From positions 22,262,848 through 22,326,847 of the forward strand of contig CM120643.1 in the NCBI GenBank assembly GCA_051362555.1: a DNA stretch of 64,000 nucleotides, written 5' to 3'. This document shows, in pieces, positions 1-13,690 of this stretch (within the stretch, counting starts at the first letter, position 1; the number at the start of each line of letters is the position of its first letter). The stretch is from Lingula anatina (taxonomy: Eukaryota > Animalia > Brachiopoda). The notes beneath the pieces were generated by a model. The model did no database searches and was not told where the DNA came from. It worked only from the letters and a program-made list of their open reading frames with translations. The position numbers and the translations under genes were made by a program.

Positions 1-1051
1 ATAGAAAAATGATCGAATTATTTTCCATATAGGCGCAGAGATTCGGGACAGCAAGTTTACCAGTTCACTATTCAATTCATTACCATTCCACTCTCTTTTG
101 GTGCACACGTGGGGTTCAAACTATGCTGCATTTATCACCTGTTTGGCGTATATTTACAATACGTCAAAACACTCAGGATAATTGGCATACGCAAGAATCA
201 ACAGCGCAGAGGGCTACACAAAAACGAAAGTAACCAACCCATTGTTCGATTCTTCAGATCGATAGCGAACGTGGTAATGGGAAGATAGAGATAAGATGTT
301 CTTTATTGCATCAAGTGGAGATGACACTCTCATTTTGAAATATAATGATGTTAATTACTCCTAGGAAATCAGGATTTATTTCCCTAGAGCCCATGACTTG
401 GAAAAGCCGAAGATAATTGTTTATTAAAGAACCATATCTTGGATATAAAGGCTACTGTTACTGAAAACGAAAAAATGCGAAGCATCATCACGGCAATCCT
501 ACCAAAGCTAAAAATGTTATTATGTAATGAGATAATTCGGCGTTAATTCAAATTCAGTTCACCTGAAGAAAACCTTGCGATAAGGTCGAAACGCGTGTTA
601 TCATTTTCAGCGTAAGATCCAATACCAATTTTAATTTTCTCATTATCTTAGTACAAGTATAATATAACTGGATGAATCAAAATGTTCACTTTGCTATTAT
701 GTAACGGTCGATGGATGTCAAGTAATATTAATGATACCTACATGTATACGCACCATTTGCGTTGCGTAGATTAAAAAGCAGATTGTCTCTACTTCCAAAA
801 TTCTCTGGAAGAAACACTGTTCGAGAAGACTAGTGGAATGGGTACAATGCCCGTGATACACTTCCTCCCGACGTAGTGTAAAGCTGAAACAAACCACGTA
901 ACGTTTGGGCGCAGCCTGTCAGGCATGACGTACATGTACTCCAACACTTTCGGCGTGGCACCGAACTTGAGAGCACCCATAGATAGATTAGTTTTTCACC
1001 TCGTTCTAATTTTATTGGAAAGGTGTACGTTAATATGCAACACTGTCATGC

Positions 1052-1222
1052 TCAGGACCCTACGCTGAGGAGGTAGAGACTGGTTGATTGGAGGGGGGGC
1101 AGTTGCCTTCTCTCTAGGGTCAAAAAACCGCTTGAAACATTCATTGTAGGCCTTCAAGAACCCCCTGCTTCCCCCCCCCTCCCATGCCAATTCAAGCCAT
1201 TTTTCTCACCCTAGGGTCCTGA
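1052..1222. mobile_element. Putative short MITE (terminal inverted repeat)
   Basis: tcaggaccctacgctgag at ~1052 is an imperfect inverted match to ctcaccctagggtcctga at ~1205-1222; no clear TSD. Confidence 0.35.
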
Positions 1223-1487
1223 TAGTTTTTCAACGGGCATTAAACATCGGTTGTTTGTATTATCTCTCTAAGCATTTGCTTTGCAGAACGTCTTAATGAC
1301 AACTAGCACTTTTTTTTCGACATCAATTTTTCCATTAGACCCTAACATTATCCATTAATATTCCATGACCTTCTGTTTTTGACTAACAACACTTAACGGA
1401 AAAAAGGAAGATATGCTTATTAATAAAACAATTCTATTAACGGCGCGATGGATTTTTGATAAACTGAATAAAAAATTAAAATCTTAC

Positions 1488-1624
1488 CGTCAAATTGAAC
1501 AGTTGGCTAAAAACGCCTGTCTGGGCATTCTCTTTCTAACCAACTGAATGAAAACGTTTCGCTCTATGGCAGTTTCCGCTGAACGGACGTTTGGCATTTG
1601 TCTTATGGCCACTCGATTTCTGAC
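1488..1624 (-). other. Candidate internal exon of an unidentified minus-strand gene (likely UTR/uORF)
   Basis: Minus strand reads ttcttttag|GTCAGA...TTTGACG|gtaagat, with good acceptor and donor. It is 137 nt and all three frames contain a stop (phase-0 frame is open until 5 nt before the donor). Confidence 0.4.
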
Positions 1625-3418
1625 CTAAAAGAACGTTGTATACGGTCACATTTCGCTCTCTACATTATCCAGGAACTGAGGATTTGACAGAATATAAATA
1701 TATACCAGCAAGTTTTCAGCTCGTTGCCATTCATTGAGACCGATAAATCTTAGAATCGTGCTGCAGGAATACAACACTAATGTCGCCTGTGAAATCAGAA
1801 AATCGCATGTAGCATTCTATCCAGACGTACATAAACAGATAATAAAAAGGGAGCCAGTTACGATCGGTTCACACGTTATCTATACGTGCATCATACTAAA
1901 AAACCAAGGGCTCATTAAAGAGACTACTGTATCTGCTCGATTGATCGTACATGTAATATGAGTGCTAATTGAAGAAAAACAGGGAATTCGGCTTTAACCC
2001 ATGTATTTACCCCCTTTTTAGGCACGCTGAATCAACTTCGCACTTTCTTTATATTTCCCAAGCCTTGCGCAGCTATTTTGATCTACGCACAGTGCAAGTG
2101 ACACCGTTATTAACCGGTCTGCAATATAAAGTAGGACGGGTCCAAGACAACGTGCATGACAACTGATCAGAAGTCTGAGAAATAGACAAGAAGCGGCTTA
2201 AACAAATCATACAGTAGAATCAAGCATTCTTATGAACGTTTGAAGGAGGAAAAGATCCGATCTATACATACATTTAATCGGTTAAAAGTGGACAGATGCC
2301 GATACCAACACAAGAAAATGAGAATATTTCTTTTCAGCAGGTGTGAAGGGAGACCTGAACTTCCCTAAATATCCTGTAGTTTGAAATATCATGTTTGTGA
2401 ACAACACAGTGCAATCCCACTCCTGGACCCAGGATTTTGCTAAAGAGGGAGGGGGACAAGAATAGAAAATACATGTAATACAGGAATATTTGGAACACAC
2501 GGACGGAAAGTTTTTTTAAGGCAGAAGGGGTAGGCCTACTCTCGTGAATGAGGGAGAAGCACGTGCCTGCTATGTCCTCCCGCAAATCCTCCATTGGCAT
2601 CTAAAACTGGATTGAAAATGCGCATGTGATAAAAACGTAAGTGGCATTGAAAGCGGATCTGTAATAAACATTTACACCAACAGAAAGTAGGCTAAAGTCG
2701 ATTAGTAGACTAAAGTCGATCCAAATGTGTTCCGGTGAGAACGGAGCCCCTAAAGGCTGTAGGGAGACATAAAGACTGCAGGGATTACAAGTCTCGACAT
2801 GTATCTACTGCTTCAATCAATTACATCATTCTTTATAATATTATTGATCATCTGTTTGCGTGTGTTAACAGATTGTAATTGTGATAAAAGTAGAACAAGC
2901 CACAACATCGTGTTTTGCATCACGTTCAACAGAAGAACTAGGCGGAGCAAGTATCACAAAAAAAAAAAAAAAAGAAATGAAATTTTGTAGACTGAATATT
3001 CCTGGATACTTGTTCATTAATTTGCTTCAAAGCTTGTGCTCTACGGAATGTCGATACATGCCTCGAATTGTAATTAGACAAAGATTAATTGATCAATCAA
3101 TCAAAATTGCGGATAGGTTTCATTACCTTTATAAAAGTAAAGATAATGCAGAATACAGATAAACGAGTGAACATCTCTTGATAATTAATCATTTTCACGT
3201 AGTTTTCCTTTTATATTCTTACACACACCAACAGTATATTTTGAAATTAAATGTGAAAGGTTTTAAAACTTCCCAATTCAAAAGGCCTCCAACAACAACG
3301 ATATCATGTGTAAAGCGATCCATCATGAAATACCCCACGGCGAACCATTTGTAAATCAATTTCCTTGTAAGTTAAAACTTGATATTCAATCACTCCTTAA
3401 TGCCGTACGTTGACTTCT

Positions 3419-3566
3419 GGGCTCCGCATCTCGAAAGGTTCGCTGTGTTGCGCACGTGCGTAAGTGTCTCGATTCCATGGCCCCGTATCTCGAAATATAA
3501 TCGGTTATGGAATCGAGACACTAACGCACGTGCGCAACATAGCGAACCTTTCGAGATACGGAGCCC
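3419..3566. mobile_element. Near-perfect foldback/MITE (60-bp arms, 28-bp spacer)
   Basis: 3419-3478 and 3507-3566 are reverse complements with 3 mismatches; the spacer has a third copy of the terminal motif ggccccgtatctcgaaa. Confidence 0.7.
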
Positions 3567-3729
3567 TGATTAGACCAAAGTTTGTTGTGGGGGGGTCCAA
3601 ACGCGCGAAGCAAGGCCACGGAGAAGAATGTGCGCATTGCCTTACACATATATTGGATTGCAAACATAACATCGTACATCACAGGTTAGCTGCAGTCGGG
3701 ATTCCTTCCCTTAATTGTCAACAAGGACA

Positions 3730-3731
<2 letters not shown>

Positions 3732-3760
<29 letters not shown>
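3732..3760. repeat. (CT)n microsatellite
   Basis: Read directly. Confidence 0.95.
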
Positions 3761-3762
<2 letters not shown>

Positions 3763-4619
3763 AGTCCAGTTCTCGGAGACAGGGAGGGAGCGGTATTTGC
3801 CCCAGAAGGTATAATATTTGCTCGACCTCTGAACAGCCCTTACGCCGCAAAATGTCATTTTATACAGAGAAAATCTTTATCCATGTCTTGAAACATACAT
3901 TGAATGTGCTGAGGTGACATATATTTCTATATTTCGGTCGTCAAACACGTTCTTATAAAATTTAAAACGCCTTAAAATGAACTCTGAAAGAAAGAAAGCT
4001 ATATCTAAGGCCAATTTAGTGTGATATGTGACAAAACATCGTTCATTAGTTTAGCGGTCATGAACTAAGCGTTCGTGAAATTGGTTGTCTTTTTAATGCC
4101 ATTATTAAAGAGATATGAAAAATGATATTAGTGAATGAGGAATATTGATGGTCGTATCGCGTGCGCAGCGTCTCTACAACTGCGCCGTTCAAGTTTTTTT
4201 TTCCTGCGGTCATTTCTCAGATTTGCGGTGTTGTTTCAGCGCGACTAGTAGGCAGTCACTCCTTAATATCCATAAAAACATATTTCACAATTACTTTAAC
4301 GTTCTCATGCAAGATTTTATGCGATTACGATAAATAAGTTTTTATCTCATTCACATCTGTTATGGTACGTTAAAATCGGTTTGAATTGTAGTTTTAGAAT
4401 AATTGCGTGATCGATAATTGAATATATTTCTTTTTAAATTTGTAAACAGGTGCTAGACTTGGAACATTACTATAAAACGAAACTCCACATGGTCAATCTG
4501 ATTATTATTCTAGTGTATTATAGAACAAAGTGAGCACTACAATCAAACGTCTTCTTGAATTTACGACATAATCTTAAACGCATGCATTTTGTTTAATTTA
4601 TCCTTTATTTATTTTCAGA

Positions 4620-4683
4620 TAGTAGTGAGTAAGTAAGTAAATTAGTTAGTTAGTGAGTTAGTTTGTTAGTTACTAAGTTAGTT
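4620..4683. repeat. Degenerate (AGTT/AGTA)n tetranucleotide repeat
   Basis: agtaagtaagtaaattagttagttagtgagttagtttgttagtt. Confidence 0.8.
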
Positions 4684-7125
4684 TTTACGGTACAATGTTC
4701 ACGGTGAATTAAGCACCAGTAAATCGGACCCTAATAAAACTTATTCATATTAATTGGGGCCAGAAAGGAAGATATATCTGCAAGGTGCATATTAAGCAAG
4801 GGTCAATTGAGGGGAGATATATTGAATTGAACTCGCTTACATCGTCATGTTTTTCATAGCCTTCGCCATTTTGATCATCTATAATACATATACATGTAAC
4901 ATGACATTCACTACGCATATATCATTGCCTTTACCTCAAGGACAATGAAAAGGTGCGGATTTGCCCGAGGTCAGGAAGGTCATTGACGTTCACTATCGGA
5001 TAGGGGATTGCATTATAAACGGAACATAATTTATCACTGATCATTGTTATTAAATTCAAAGACAGTATAAGGGGATGCGAATCCATCTCAGATTAGGTTA
5101 AAAGGCATTATTAATTACATTCACGCCTATAGACTGGTATAGCCAATATTATTAATTTAGCACATTTGAAAGGAAATTGTCTTATTCCAAGGACAACAAA
5201 TCTGTGGCAGTTTAGGGTCGAATGAGAAGAAGGGAATTGCCTCTTGTGCGTTTTAAATGCCGTTTTCGATCAGATTTGTTATTCCAGTATGCCAGATACA
5301 GATATTGGAGCACACATCAGTCATCTAAGTAAAAGAATTAATAAAGATCTTACCAGAGTCTGAACAATTTCTATTTTGAGCGTTTCTGAACACACGCCCC
5401 GTGGATAATGTTCTTATTATATAAATCATTCAAATAAACCGTTCCGTATAGTATAACATCATAAGATCAATAGTATTTTTCATTTGGGATGAAAAAAGAA
5501 ATGATAAGAAAATAGACAAAAGGTCAGCAACTATCACTTAAAGTAGGAAACTGAAGCCAAATGTTCAAAGTTTCAATTCACCCCGTGTAATAAAAAACAT
5601 ATGTGAATATTGACACCACGTGCACAGTAAGAAAGGGAAATTATTTCTAAAGTAAAAAAAAACACAAGAGATTATAAGAAAAACCGTAGATACACTTAAT
5701 TGGACTTCGCAATAAAAATTGGTATTAAATATCACAAGAGCTTTTAACATTTATTTAATCCCTCGAATACATGTATTGCCTCAGATCGCATTGTTCAGGT
5801 CTCTAAGGAAGAATGAAACGGAAGGTGTATGTTAAGTTAAGGAAGGCTGGATGGTGTTCTTTGCCCCTGATCGACAAAGGGAGGATATTAAATCCAAACA
5901 ACTGCTTGCTCTGTGAGTTTCAAATTGTTCTATCGTTTTGTTCTTAATTGTGATTGACCATATGCAGATACCTCTCTTAACTGACAAATCGGATAATAAA
6001 CCTGGTCATCCACAGTTGCCAAAGTTAACATGTACGAATGATTAACCCAATAGCGTCTTTAAATGGAACATGATCGTCCGATATACATGTACATGTACAT
6101 GTAGTTGTCTAGGTTCAGGTGTATATACTTTTTCGATTAGGTAAACTGTTTCCTATTTATTCACCATGCCGAATAAAGGCTGATTTCTTTTCTGTCAGTG
6201 TCACCATCAAGATCAAATCTTGTGGCATGAAAGTTTTACTTCCATTCCTTTCTATCAGAAAAGAAACTATTAGTACGACGGATAATGGCAAGACCTACAC
6301 TATCTGCAATCTGGATAGCTTGAACAGTTTTTTTCTGTTGTGTCTTTTACACTAAGGCAATTTTATCAGTTTCTCACGTCAGCGGTTCACCTAACAGTAC
6401 AACTGGAAGCAAGAGCAGGGCATTACCTATAGTGACGCACATGTTTGCCAATTACAAATTGAAGTACACTGGTGTCATTGTGTGTAATTATCCAAGAACG
6501 GTAACGCTATACTTCAGAGTTTGAACAAGAGGAGATGATTATACCCGTGTGTAAAAAGTCAACTAAAAATTGGATAGATGAACTATTTAGGACTCATTTA
6601 GTTTTCTTTAATAACCGTGCTTACCGGTAATAGCGTCTTTTGCGAAGGTACCTTGTTTTCACAAAAAAAAAGGTTCTTTTTTCACAGAAGTACTGCATGT
6701 AACTTGCAATTGGACTGGAAATGATCTAAATGACGTCATTGGACGACCTCTCTTTGGTCATTTTTCGATGAAAACTATCTATTAGGCTTGTTTCACACAA
6801 GAGCTACATGTGTAGTCAGAAAATTTATTTTAACTTGCAGACCAAAATTTTGGTTTCCTTTGCTTTAAGACAACTTACTGGAAGTGAAATGAAATGAAAT
6901 GCCGCTTCTGCTTTGTAACTGAAAAAAACATTTCAGGTTATTCTTACTTTATCCAAAGAGTTATGTCTCCTTGCTTTATCTCACTAGATTATTAGGCCTT
7001 TGTATAGAAATGAAGATGGCCAAATTCTTGTCTTAAAGGTCTAAATGAGGTTCCAGGCTAGAATTTGTTTTTCTAAAGGGGTCCTTTGTGTACAACCACG
7101 CTTTAACATCACTTAATTTAATTCA

Positions 7126-7232
7126 CCCAGCAAACAGAACGTTATTATTAGATCACCATAACGTTTATATAATCAAAAAACGTTGTATGCTAACGTTATG
7201 TTGACGTTATCAAACATTCTGTTTTTGCTGGG
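7126..7232. mobile_element. Non-autonomous CMC/EnSpm-like element
   Basis: Termini CCCAGCAAACAGAA ... TTCTGTTTTTGCTGGG with internal repeated AACGTT motifs; this architecture is typical of animal EnSpm-type MITEs. Confidence 0.6.
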
Positions 7233-8369
7233 AAGTTAACGCAATGCATTATTTTTCTTGATAAAAGCTGTCACATGTACATGTACAACACCTCTACATG
7301 CCCCCATTTGGAATTAAAAAATGCAATTTCTTTGCCTTTATTTTCTTATTAGATCCTACAAAAATGTAATGACGTCAAATGATAAAAGGTGCTAATGTTA
7401 TCTTGGCATCAACATTATATTAAAAGATAGATAGTGTACTTGCGTCAAGCGATGTCCAGGCCATCTGTAGATAAACTAATGAAATGTCCATAACACCAAT
7501 ACATCATTTGACGTAAATTCTTAAATGAATTTCACAGCTTTTGACAACCTTTTTTCCTTAAACTTGTTTTAAGGATCAGTCCTTCATGACGGTGCAGGAG
7601 TGCTAGTTCTCGATTTGTCTATAGGGAAAAGCTTTAGAATAGGCTAATGGTAAAGAATAGGTTTGTAGTAAAGAGCCCCAGCCCCTTTGTGTGATATAAC
7701 GAAATGCTGTGTAAAATGTGACGAGTAACACAGTTGGTTACAGCGGGAGAAGAACGATAAGAAAAATCGAAAATTTCATGCCGAGGGATTTCTGTGTCAG
7801 AAATGATTAAGTCGTGGTTTCATAATTTCATTAACATTGTACGCGACTTTAAGGGCCTTCGTTGCAGATCGTTTTGGAAACCAAAACCCCAGTTGCTGAT
7901 TTCGCATCAAAACAAACAACAAAATAAATAAACCATCACAATGCATTGGAAACAAAATATATTAATGTATAACAAATGCTTTCTAAGCGATCTCGTTTTG
8001 CTGCTGTTTTGTGGTGTAGCTGTACAAATAGTATTATCTGGGGATCCAAATTGACGAGTAATTTGTTCAGACGCTCATGAACAAAAGCCTGATTTAAAAC
8101 CGCAATTATAAGACAATCAAAACTGGTGTTTTAGTTAATGTGAAAGTTATTTGAATTAGGTATCAGTCGATTTGGACTGCTTAGACAAATAGCGCAGACA
8201 CACGTTGCTAAAATAATGGAAGCTTTTCGAGGAAGTGCTTTTATTGAAGTAAACCTGTGTTGGAGGTGTTGGTTTCTGCACACCATGTCTATTGCTACAG
8301 GCTAGACAATGCCTGCAGCACATCCGCTTAACAATAGGCCTTCCTCTAAGTACTCATATCCAATAAAAC

Positions 8370-8600
8370 TATCAATCTACGTAGATCGATTCAACTCCGC
8401 TGGAACTCAACCTGAATGCAATCAGATTAAGATATTAACACGCCATCTCTTGTTTCCAACGTACTCATAAAAGCACTGGCTCCTCTTTATTTTACTAAAA
8501 GGGGAAGGAGTGGGAACAAGAGGAGGCGTGTTAATAACGTAATCTGCTTGCTGCGGTGAGAGACCCCGAGGAGTTGGATCGATCAACATGGACCGATGGG
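8370..8600. mobile_element. Foldback MITE family A, copy 1
   Basis: Long imperfect inverted repeat (gatcgattcaactc...tgcaatcagatta...aacacgcc / ggcgtgttaa...taatctgcttgc...gagttggatcgatc); related to 26714-26940 and 32001-32241. Confidence 0.6.
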
Positions 8601-9009
8601 TTCATTGGGAGTGAACCCTAACGTTTTGTTATGTGATCTTATCTCGACATTTACATGTTCAGCATTTTTCTCCAGCGCTACTGTAATTCATGTAAAATTA
8701 CAGCTTTAACATGAACTTCGATGGAAATGGATCGAGGTGAGTGTTATTAAGCGGCGGTAACACTGGCACGATCAACAAATGCATGAGGGGAATAAACGTG
8801 CAGCAAATCTTCGAGTGTGCAAACGTGAACGTAGAGATGAGACGTCACTCTGGGAAAACGGACATTGTGCCAAAGTAACTGAGAATATATCACTACACCA
8901 TCTAAATGACTCCTTTTGTGTTCTATTGATATTATCGTCATGGCATTTACCACCTGCCCCCTGAATTCCCACTGCTTCGGGTTTCGCTTACCTCCACCCA
9001 CATGTAGGC

Positions 9010-9149
9010 TACCCTCTACCAGGGTCACAGATAATTTTGTGAAAATTTCTCTAAAAAAAGTGTAGAAAAAGTGCCATCATTTATCTAGAACATACATGTA
9101 TCTGTAAATATCTAGTGAAAACATCAATCTGTGGTCCTGGTAGAGGGCA
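9010..9149. mobile_element. MITE with TIR TACCCTCTACCAGGG(T/C)CACAGAT
   Basis: taccctctaccagggtcacagat ... atctgtggtcctggtagagggca; the same terminus recurs at ~50042 and ~52434. Confidence 0.65.
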
Positions 9150-11922
9150 CACGTGGGCCTGCAGTACTATATGCCAGTAAGCTACTGTTGGTCGTGATAT
9201 TCGTTGTTTCCAATTGTTAACAAAAAGTCAGGGTGCTTTTGAGCAAACGACTGCTAGGACGACTGTAAATGTATAAATATCCGTCTTAAATTCGGAATGC
9301 TGAAACAATGAGAAAAGTATCAGAAGATAAGTTCTTGAGTTTATACCGGTGAAATACCTTGAGGAACGTTTTCTCTTTCCAAGTTTCGAGACTAAGGTGT
9401 ACACACTTGTCCTAAATAAAATAATCATCGTTGACTGGCAAATATTATGCACACTTCTCAATTAAGAGATCATTGACCAACATTTCCCACACGTTTCTCT
9501 CTTGAACCATCCAAGAAACGGTTAACGGAAAACGTCTTGCGAAATCAGTGCCCTCTATTGATGAGAATTAATATTAAAATGTTCTCATTAAATGCTCTTT
9601 AAAGTTCAAATGTGCGTTTTTAGCAAAAGGAAAAGTACACCTCCCTTTTGGAAATTAAAATCACAGCTTAAGTGACTCCATCATGAAAGGCCAGACGTAA
9701 TTTCATATCACTTAAGAAAGATAAAGCCATTACCACCGACAAAAGGTCACTGTTGTCGTTCAGATTGAAGTCATTGGAAAAAGATAAAAAGACAAACGAA
9801 TTTATCATGTTACAATGTGGAGCATGGCCAACGTGCGGTCAAAATTTGAAGATCCAGCCGCAAATTTGCAAATGCTCTTTTTTGCCATTATGCCCCAATT
9901 GTTAAAAGTAAAGGAGACAAATCTTTCGGAAAGAATACATCTATTTGTGGGAACCTATCAGATACAGTCCATATTTACGTAATTTTGCACGTAAAAATTA
10001 TGTTCCCCAAATGCTCAATGGCTCACTGAAGCATTTTTTTACTGAAACAAACAAAACCAAACACAGGAGTTTGGAGTTCAAATGATTAGGTTTCATATTA
10101 TGATTAAGGTTATGTGAACAAGAGTTGTTTGTCATTAATTTGGCCATCTTATTGGCAACCTTTGCTTGGCCAATAGGTCAACCTGGTTGTTTGCCGCTGT
10201 TTAATCTGTTGTGTTGTTGCTGATGCTTGTATCTGTCAGATCTACCTGACTCTAATTTCGTTTATTAGAAGCTGCTTATTAATAATTGGTTCATGCTCAG
10301 GTCATCTGTATGTGTCACTTGTGATAAATGTATGTACATGATCAGTTTGACCGCTTATGTAGGTTTTATGCTATTAACCTAGCTATCACAGAACACACCC
10401 ATAATACATTCGTCAAATCCAATGAAAACAGCTCTTCAGAAACAATCAGCGTAAATTTAAGATTAGTGATGTCAGTCATAATTTTTTGTTTGTTTGTTTC
10501 TTTCTTTGTTTTTTTTTTTTTTTTTCGTAGATGATAAATCATCGCCATGGATTTTAATCAGGACATACTGAGTTTTAAATTAAAGTGTTTAAATGTGTTA
10601 TGTGTTATAATTCAAATCTATGGTCGACCCACCTCCATTTCACATGAGTGAACCTGTCTGAATTTATATACTGCCGCAGTGCTCGATGACACGGGGCACT
10701 TGTTTCATGACAGATCAAGGGCCGGTCTCAAAGAAAACTTATGACCATAACATTTTGCCTATGTCAATTCGGGAAATCTCAAAAGTAGTACGCTAAAATC
10801 AATGTATTCTTAGAACATTAGAAATCTCTTTTGTGTTATGATCAATGTGCACGAAGTAATTCTGTTGGACAAATACTGGTTTACTTGGGTCAATTCAAGC
10901 AGACTTAATGTTTGACCAGAAACCCCAAAACCAGAATCAGGCTAACGTTCTTTTGTGATTCCGCCTCCACCTGTTCGATGAAAGGGCTTAATAGTATAGC
11001 CCGTGAAAGTAATAGAGCTGATTTTGAATTAGCTATATATTGCATGGTCAAAAGCGTTTCACGCATGATTGCCCGGCAAATGTGACACTGTGAACAACAC
11101 TCAGTGCCAGCAAGACTAGAATTTGGTACATAGACTTAACACACACACACGCACACACACACATACGTTTTTTTTTTTGCATACGTTTAACTATCGGAAT
11201 GCCTTTACCGTAAGCTTCTCATAAACGAAAAGCACGTACATTCACTGTGCAAACAATGGAGCGTCCTCAATGTACCCCGTTACAGATCGTTGTTTTGTTG
11301 TACGGGTAGTTAAGTGCCATCCCACAATGTCATTCAGTTCTGTAGCACATTTAACCTCGTAAAACCTTTGACTCATACCTGCATATGCCAGGCGAGATAG
11401 AAAATGTGCTTTGATTAAATCTGAACGCATTAATTAAGCTGGACAGAAAATAAGTGGCAAAAGGTCAGCTGTGTGGAAACGGATGTCACGGTACATGTAA
11501 TAGGGGTAAAAAATAGTGAAAAGCGGTCCTTTTCAAAGATTAGATAGGCATGTTAACTTTTTGTCGGATTCAATACAAAAATATAGCGTATAAACACAAA
11601 GTGAAGGCACCAAAACGTGCAACAGTCGCGGTTTGTACTACGATTTGATTTCTTTCCTTCAGTCTTACTCACTTATATTAATTAACTTTACTGACATCAG
11701 GGTATATCCCACAGTACGTAGCGTTTGATTTCGAACCCCACTGTACATATGTATAAAGAGATGGGATTTATTATCAAAATTTAAATAAATACGTTTTTTA
11801 ATTTTATAATTCTAATTCGGCAATTAAACTCCAAGTTGGTTGAACTTAAAGAGAGATAGGCAAGTGTAGTGTAGCTAGGAGTTAAGTATGTAACTTTATT
11901 GAGAAGAAAATTTTCCACTTAC

Positions 11923-12130
11923 CATAGCAAAGACGCAACCGCTGCTAATTTCTTCGTTTCCAAAATACACGAAGTGTTTGCTGGCACGATCCACGGCAGC
12001 AAATCTTTTGGTTTCTTAGTCCTCCCGCCAATTGCAAACTGCCCGGTTTACCTGACAAAGAAAATGGCATACCTTTAACGCGATCAAAGGGCTCATTGTC
12101 CTTGACTTCCAATAGTACGGCTGACAGCAA
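11923..12130 (-). other. Candidate first exon ending in ATG|GTAAGT (unidentified minus-strand gene)
   Basis: A CpG-rich segment on the minus strand ends ...gcgtctttgctATG|gtaagtgg, a perfect donor consensus. The 5' boundary is approximate. Confidence 0.4.
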
Positions 12131-13104
12131 CCGTACTTTGGACCAGTACTAAGTATTGCATAAGTACGCATAACACCGACTTACTTAGTCCGTAGAGAAA
12201 AGACAGTGACAGTGCATTTGACCATACAATGTGAACGCGACTTGCATTACCCAAAAAATCTGATTTCAAAACACCTACTGGTTTACGATGGGAAAAACAA
12301 TGTCAGGTACAAGTAAAAATTATGCCGACTCCCTGTATCAAAACATATTTTATGACAATGAAAAGGTGCGAATGAGTTTTGAAAGGTTATCAAAAAATAT
12401 ATATATATATACAATTACATGACACGCCTTTTACAGACTCTTTGGTCAATGACTAATGAGATCTATTGAAATCACAATCATGCTATTTGCTCCAGTTTTA
12501 CTCCGACATTAATTCTAGTAATATTGAATGAACAGTACATTACTACAGCAGACAAATGTTGGCAATTTCATAGTAGCACTGAATGCGTGACCAAATTAAT
12601 ACACTGAGATGCGGGTTTATTTATTGCAATGCACTACATAGTGCATGTAGTATAGGGAAACTGCATATGCAATTAAGTAACGTGCTTTCACTTTTAAGTA
12701 CACTGTTGTATCAGTATTGACCAATTCATTTTCATGATTCATTCATGTCCTATGGTGTCCTGAGTCCTCCAAGTTTGATTTAATTAACACTGGGAACTAT
12801 ATTCTGTCGCCATTTCCGGTGTGTAGCAATTTTCTGTTGAAATAATCCTAGGATCTCTGTTAACGTAACACTATACACATCACTCTTTGTTTGAACGGGA
12901 CAATTCGGTAGCAGTAAAAGTAATCTCAAAAGAATGTCAAACAACTGCTAAATGAATATTACATAGTTCGATTTTGGAAATGCTACGATGTAGCAATGTG
13001 ACAATGTGATGCATTTGTGACAGGCAACAAATATCCCAAATTTCACATTGAGCATGATGAACACTCACTTCTTGGGCTCATTGGATCCTCAGTTAGTACC
13101 TAGC

Positions 13105-13690
13105 GTCAAGCAACTGATGTTGTTTTTAAAAATTGGCCATAAGAAACTAGTGTCGTTTTGTGGAAACAATTCTGGCAACCAGAAACTAGCGTTGTTTAAA
13201 AAAAACGACTTTGGCAAGTCACTACCTTCCCTTTTTAAAACGCTTCTGACACCCAAAAAAGGGACGTTTTTCAAGAAAGACCCTGGCAAGAATAAACCAT
13301 TTGGGCCTTTCAAAGGGAATTCTGGCTTTCAGACGCTAGCGGCGTTTTTCAAAAAAAAATGGTAACCAGAGAGACTAATGTGGTTTTTTTCAAGAGCATC
13401 TCTAGAAACGAGAACTAGTGACATTTTTAAAAGAAAGATGTTGGCAATCAGAACCTATTGTTGTTTTTCAAAACGATTTTGACAAGAAGAGATAAGTGTT
13501 TTCTGTCACAAGGGATTTGGGCACCAAGAAACTAGTGTCGCTTTTCTTTTTCAAAAAATTCTTGCAACCATAGAGACTAGTGTGTTTTTAGTACAATTTT
13601 AGTAACAAGAAACATGTGACGTTTTTCTTAGAGCGATCCTGGCAAACAAAAACTGGTGTTGTTTTTTCAAAACGATTCCTGCAAGAAGGG
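13105..13690. repeat. Degenerate minisatellite, ~39-bp unit, about 15 copies
   Basis: Recurrent unit approx. TGGCAACCAGAAACTAGTGTCGTTTTTCAAAACGATTC (e.g. at 13134, 13173, 13212, 13284, 13323, 13360, 13442, 13640). Confidence 0.8.

Noticed and set aside
789-980. 63-aa minus-strand ORF
   Set aside because: No recognisable homology or convincing splice boundaries.
13048-13365. 105-aa Lys/Phe-rich ORF, or a CRISPR-like array
   Set aside because: Translation of a degenerate 39-bp minisatellite; no invariant repeat/spacer structure and no cas genes.
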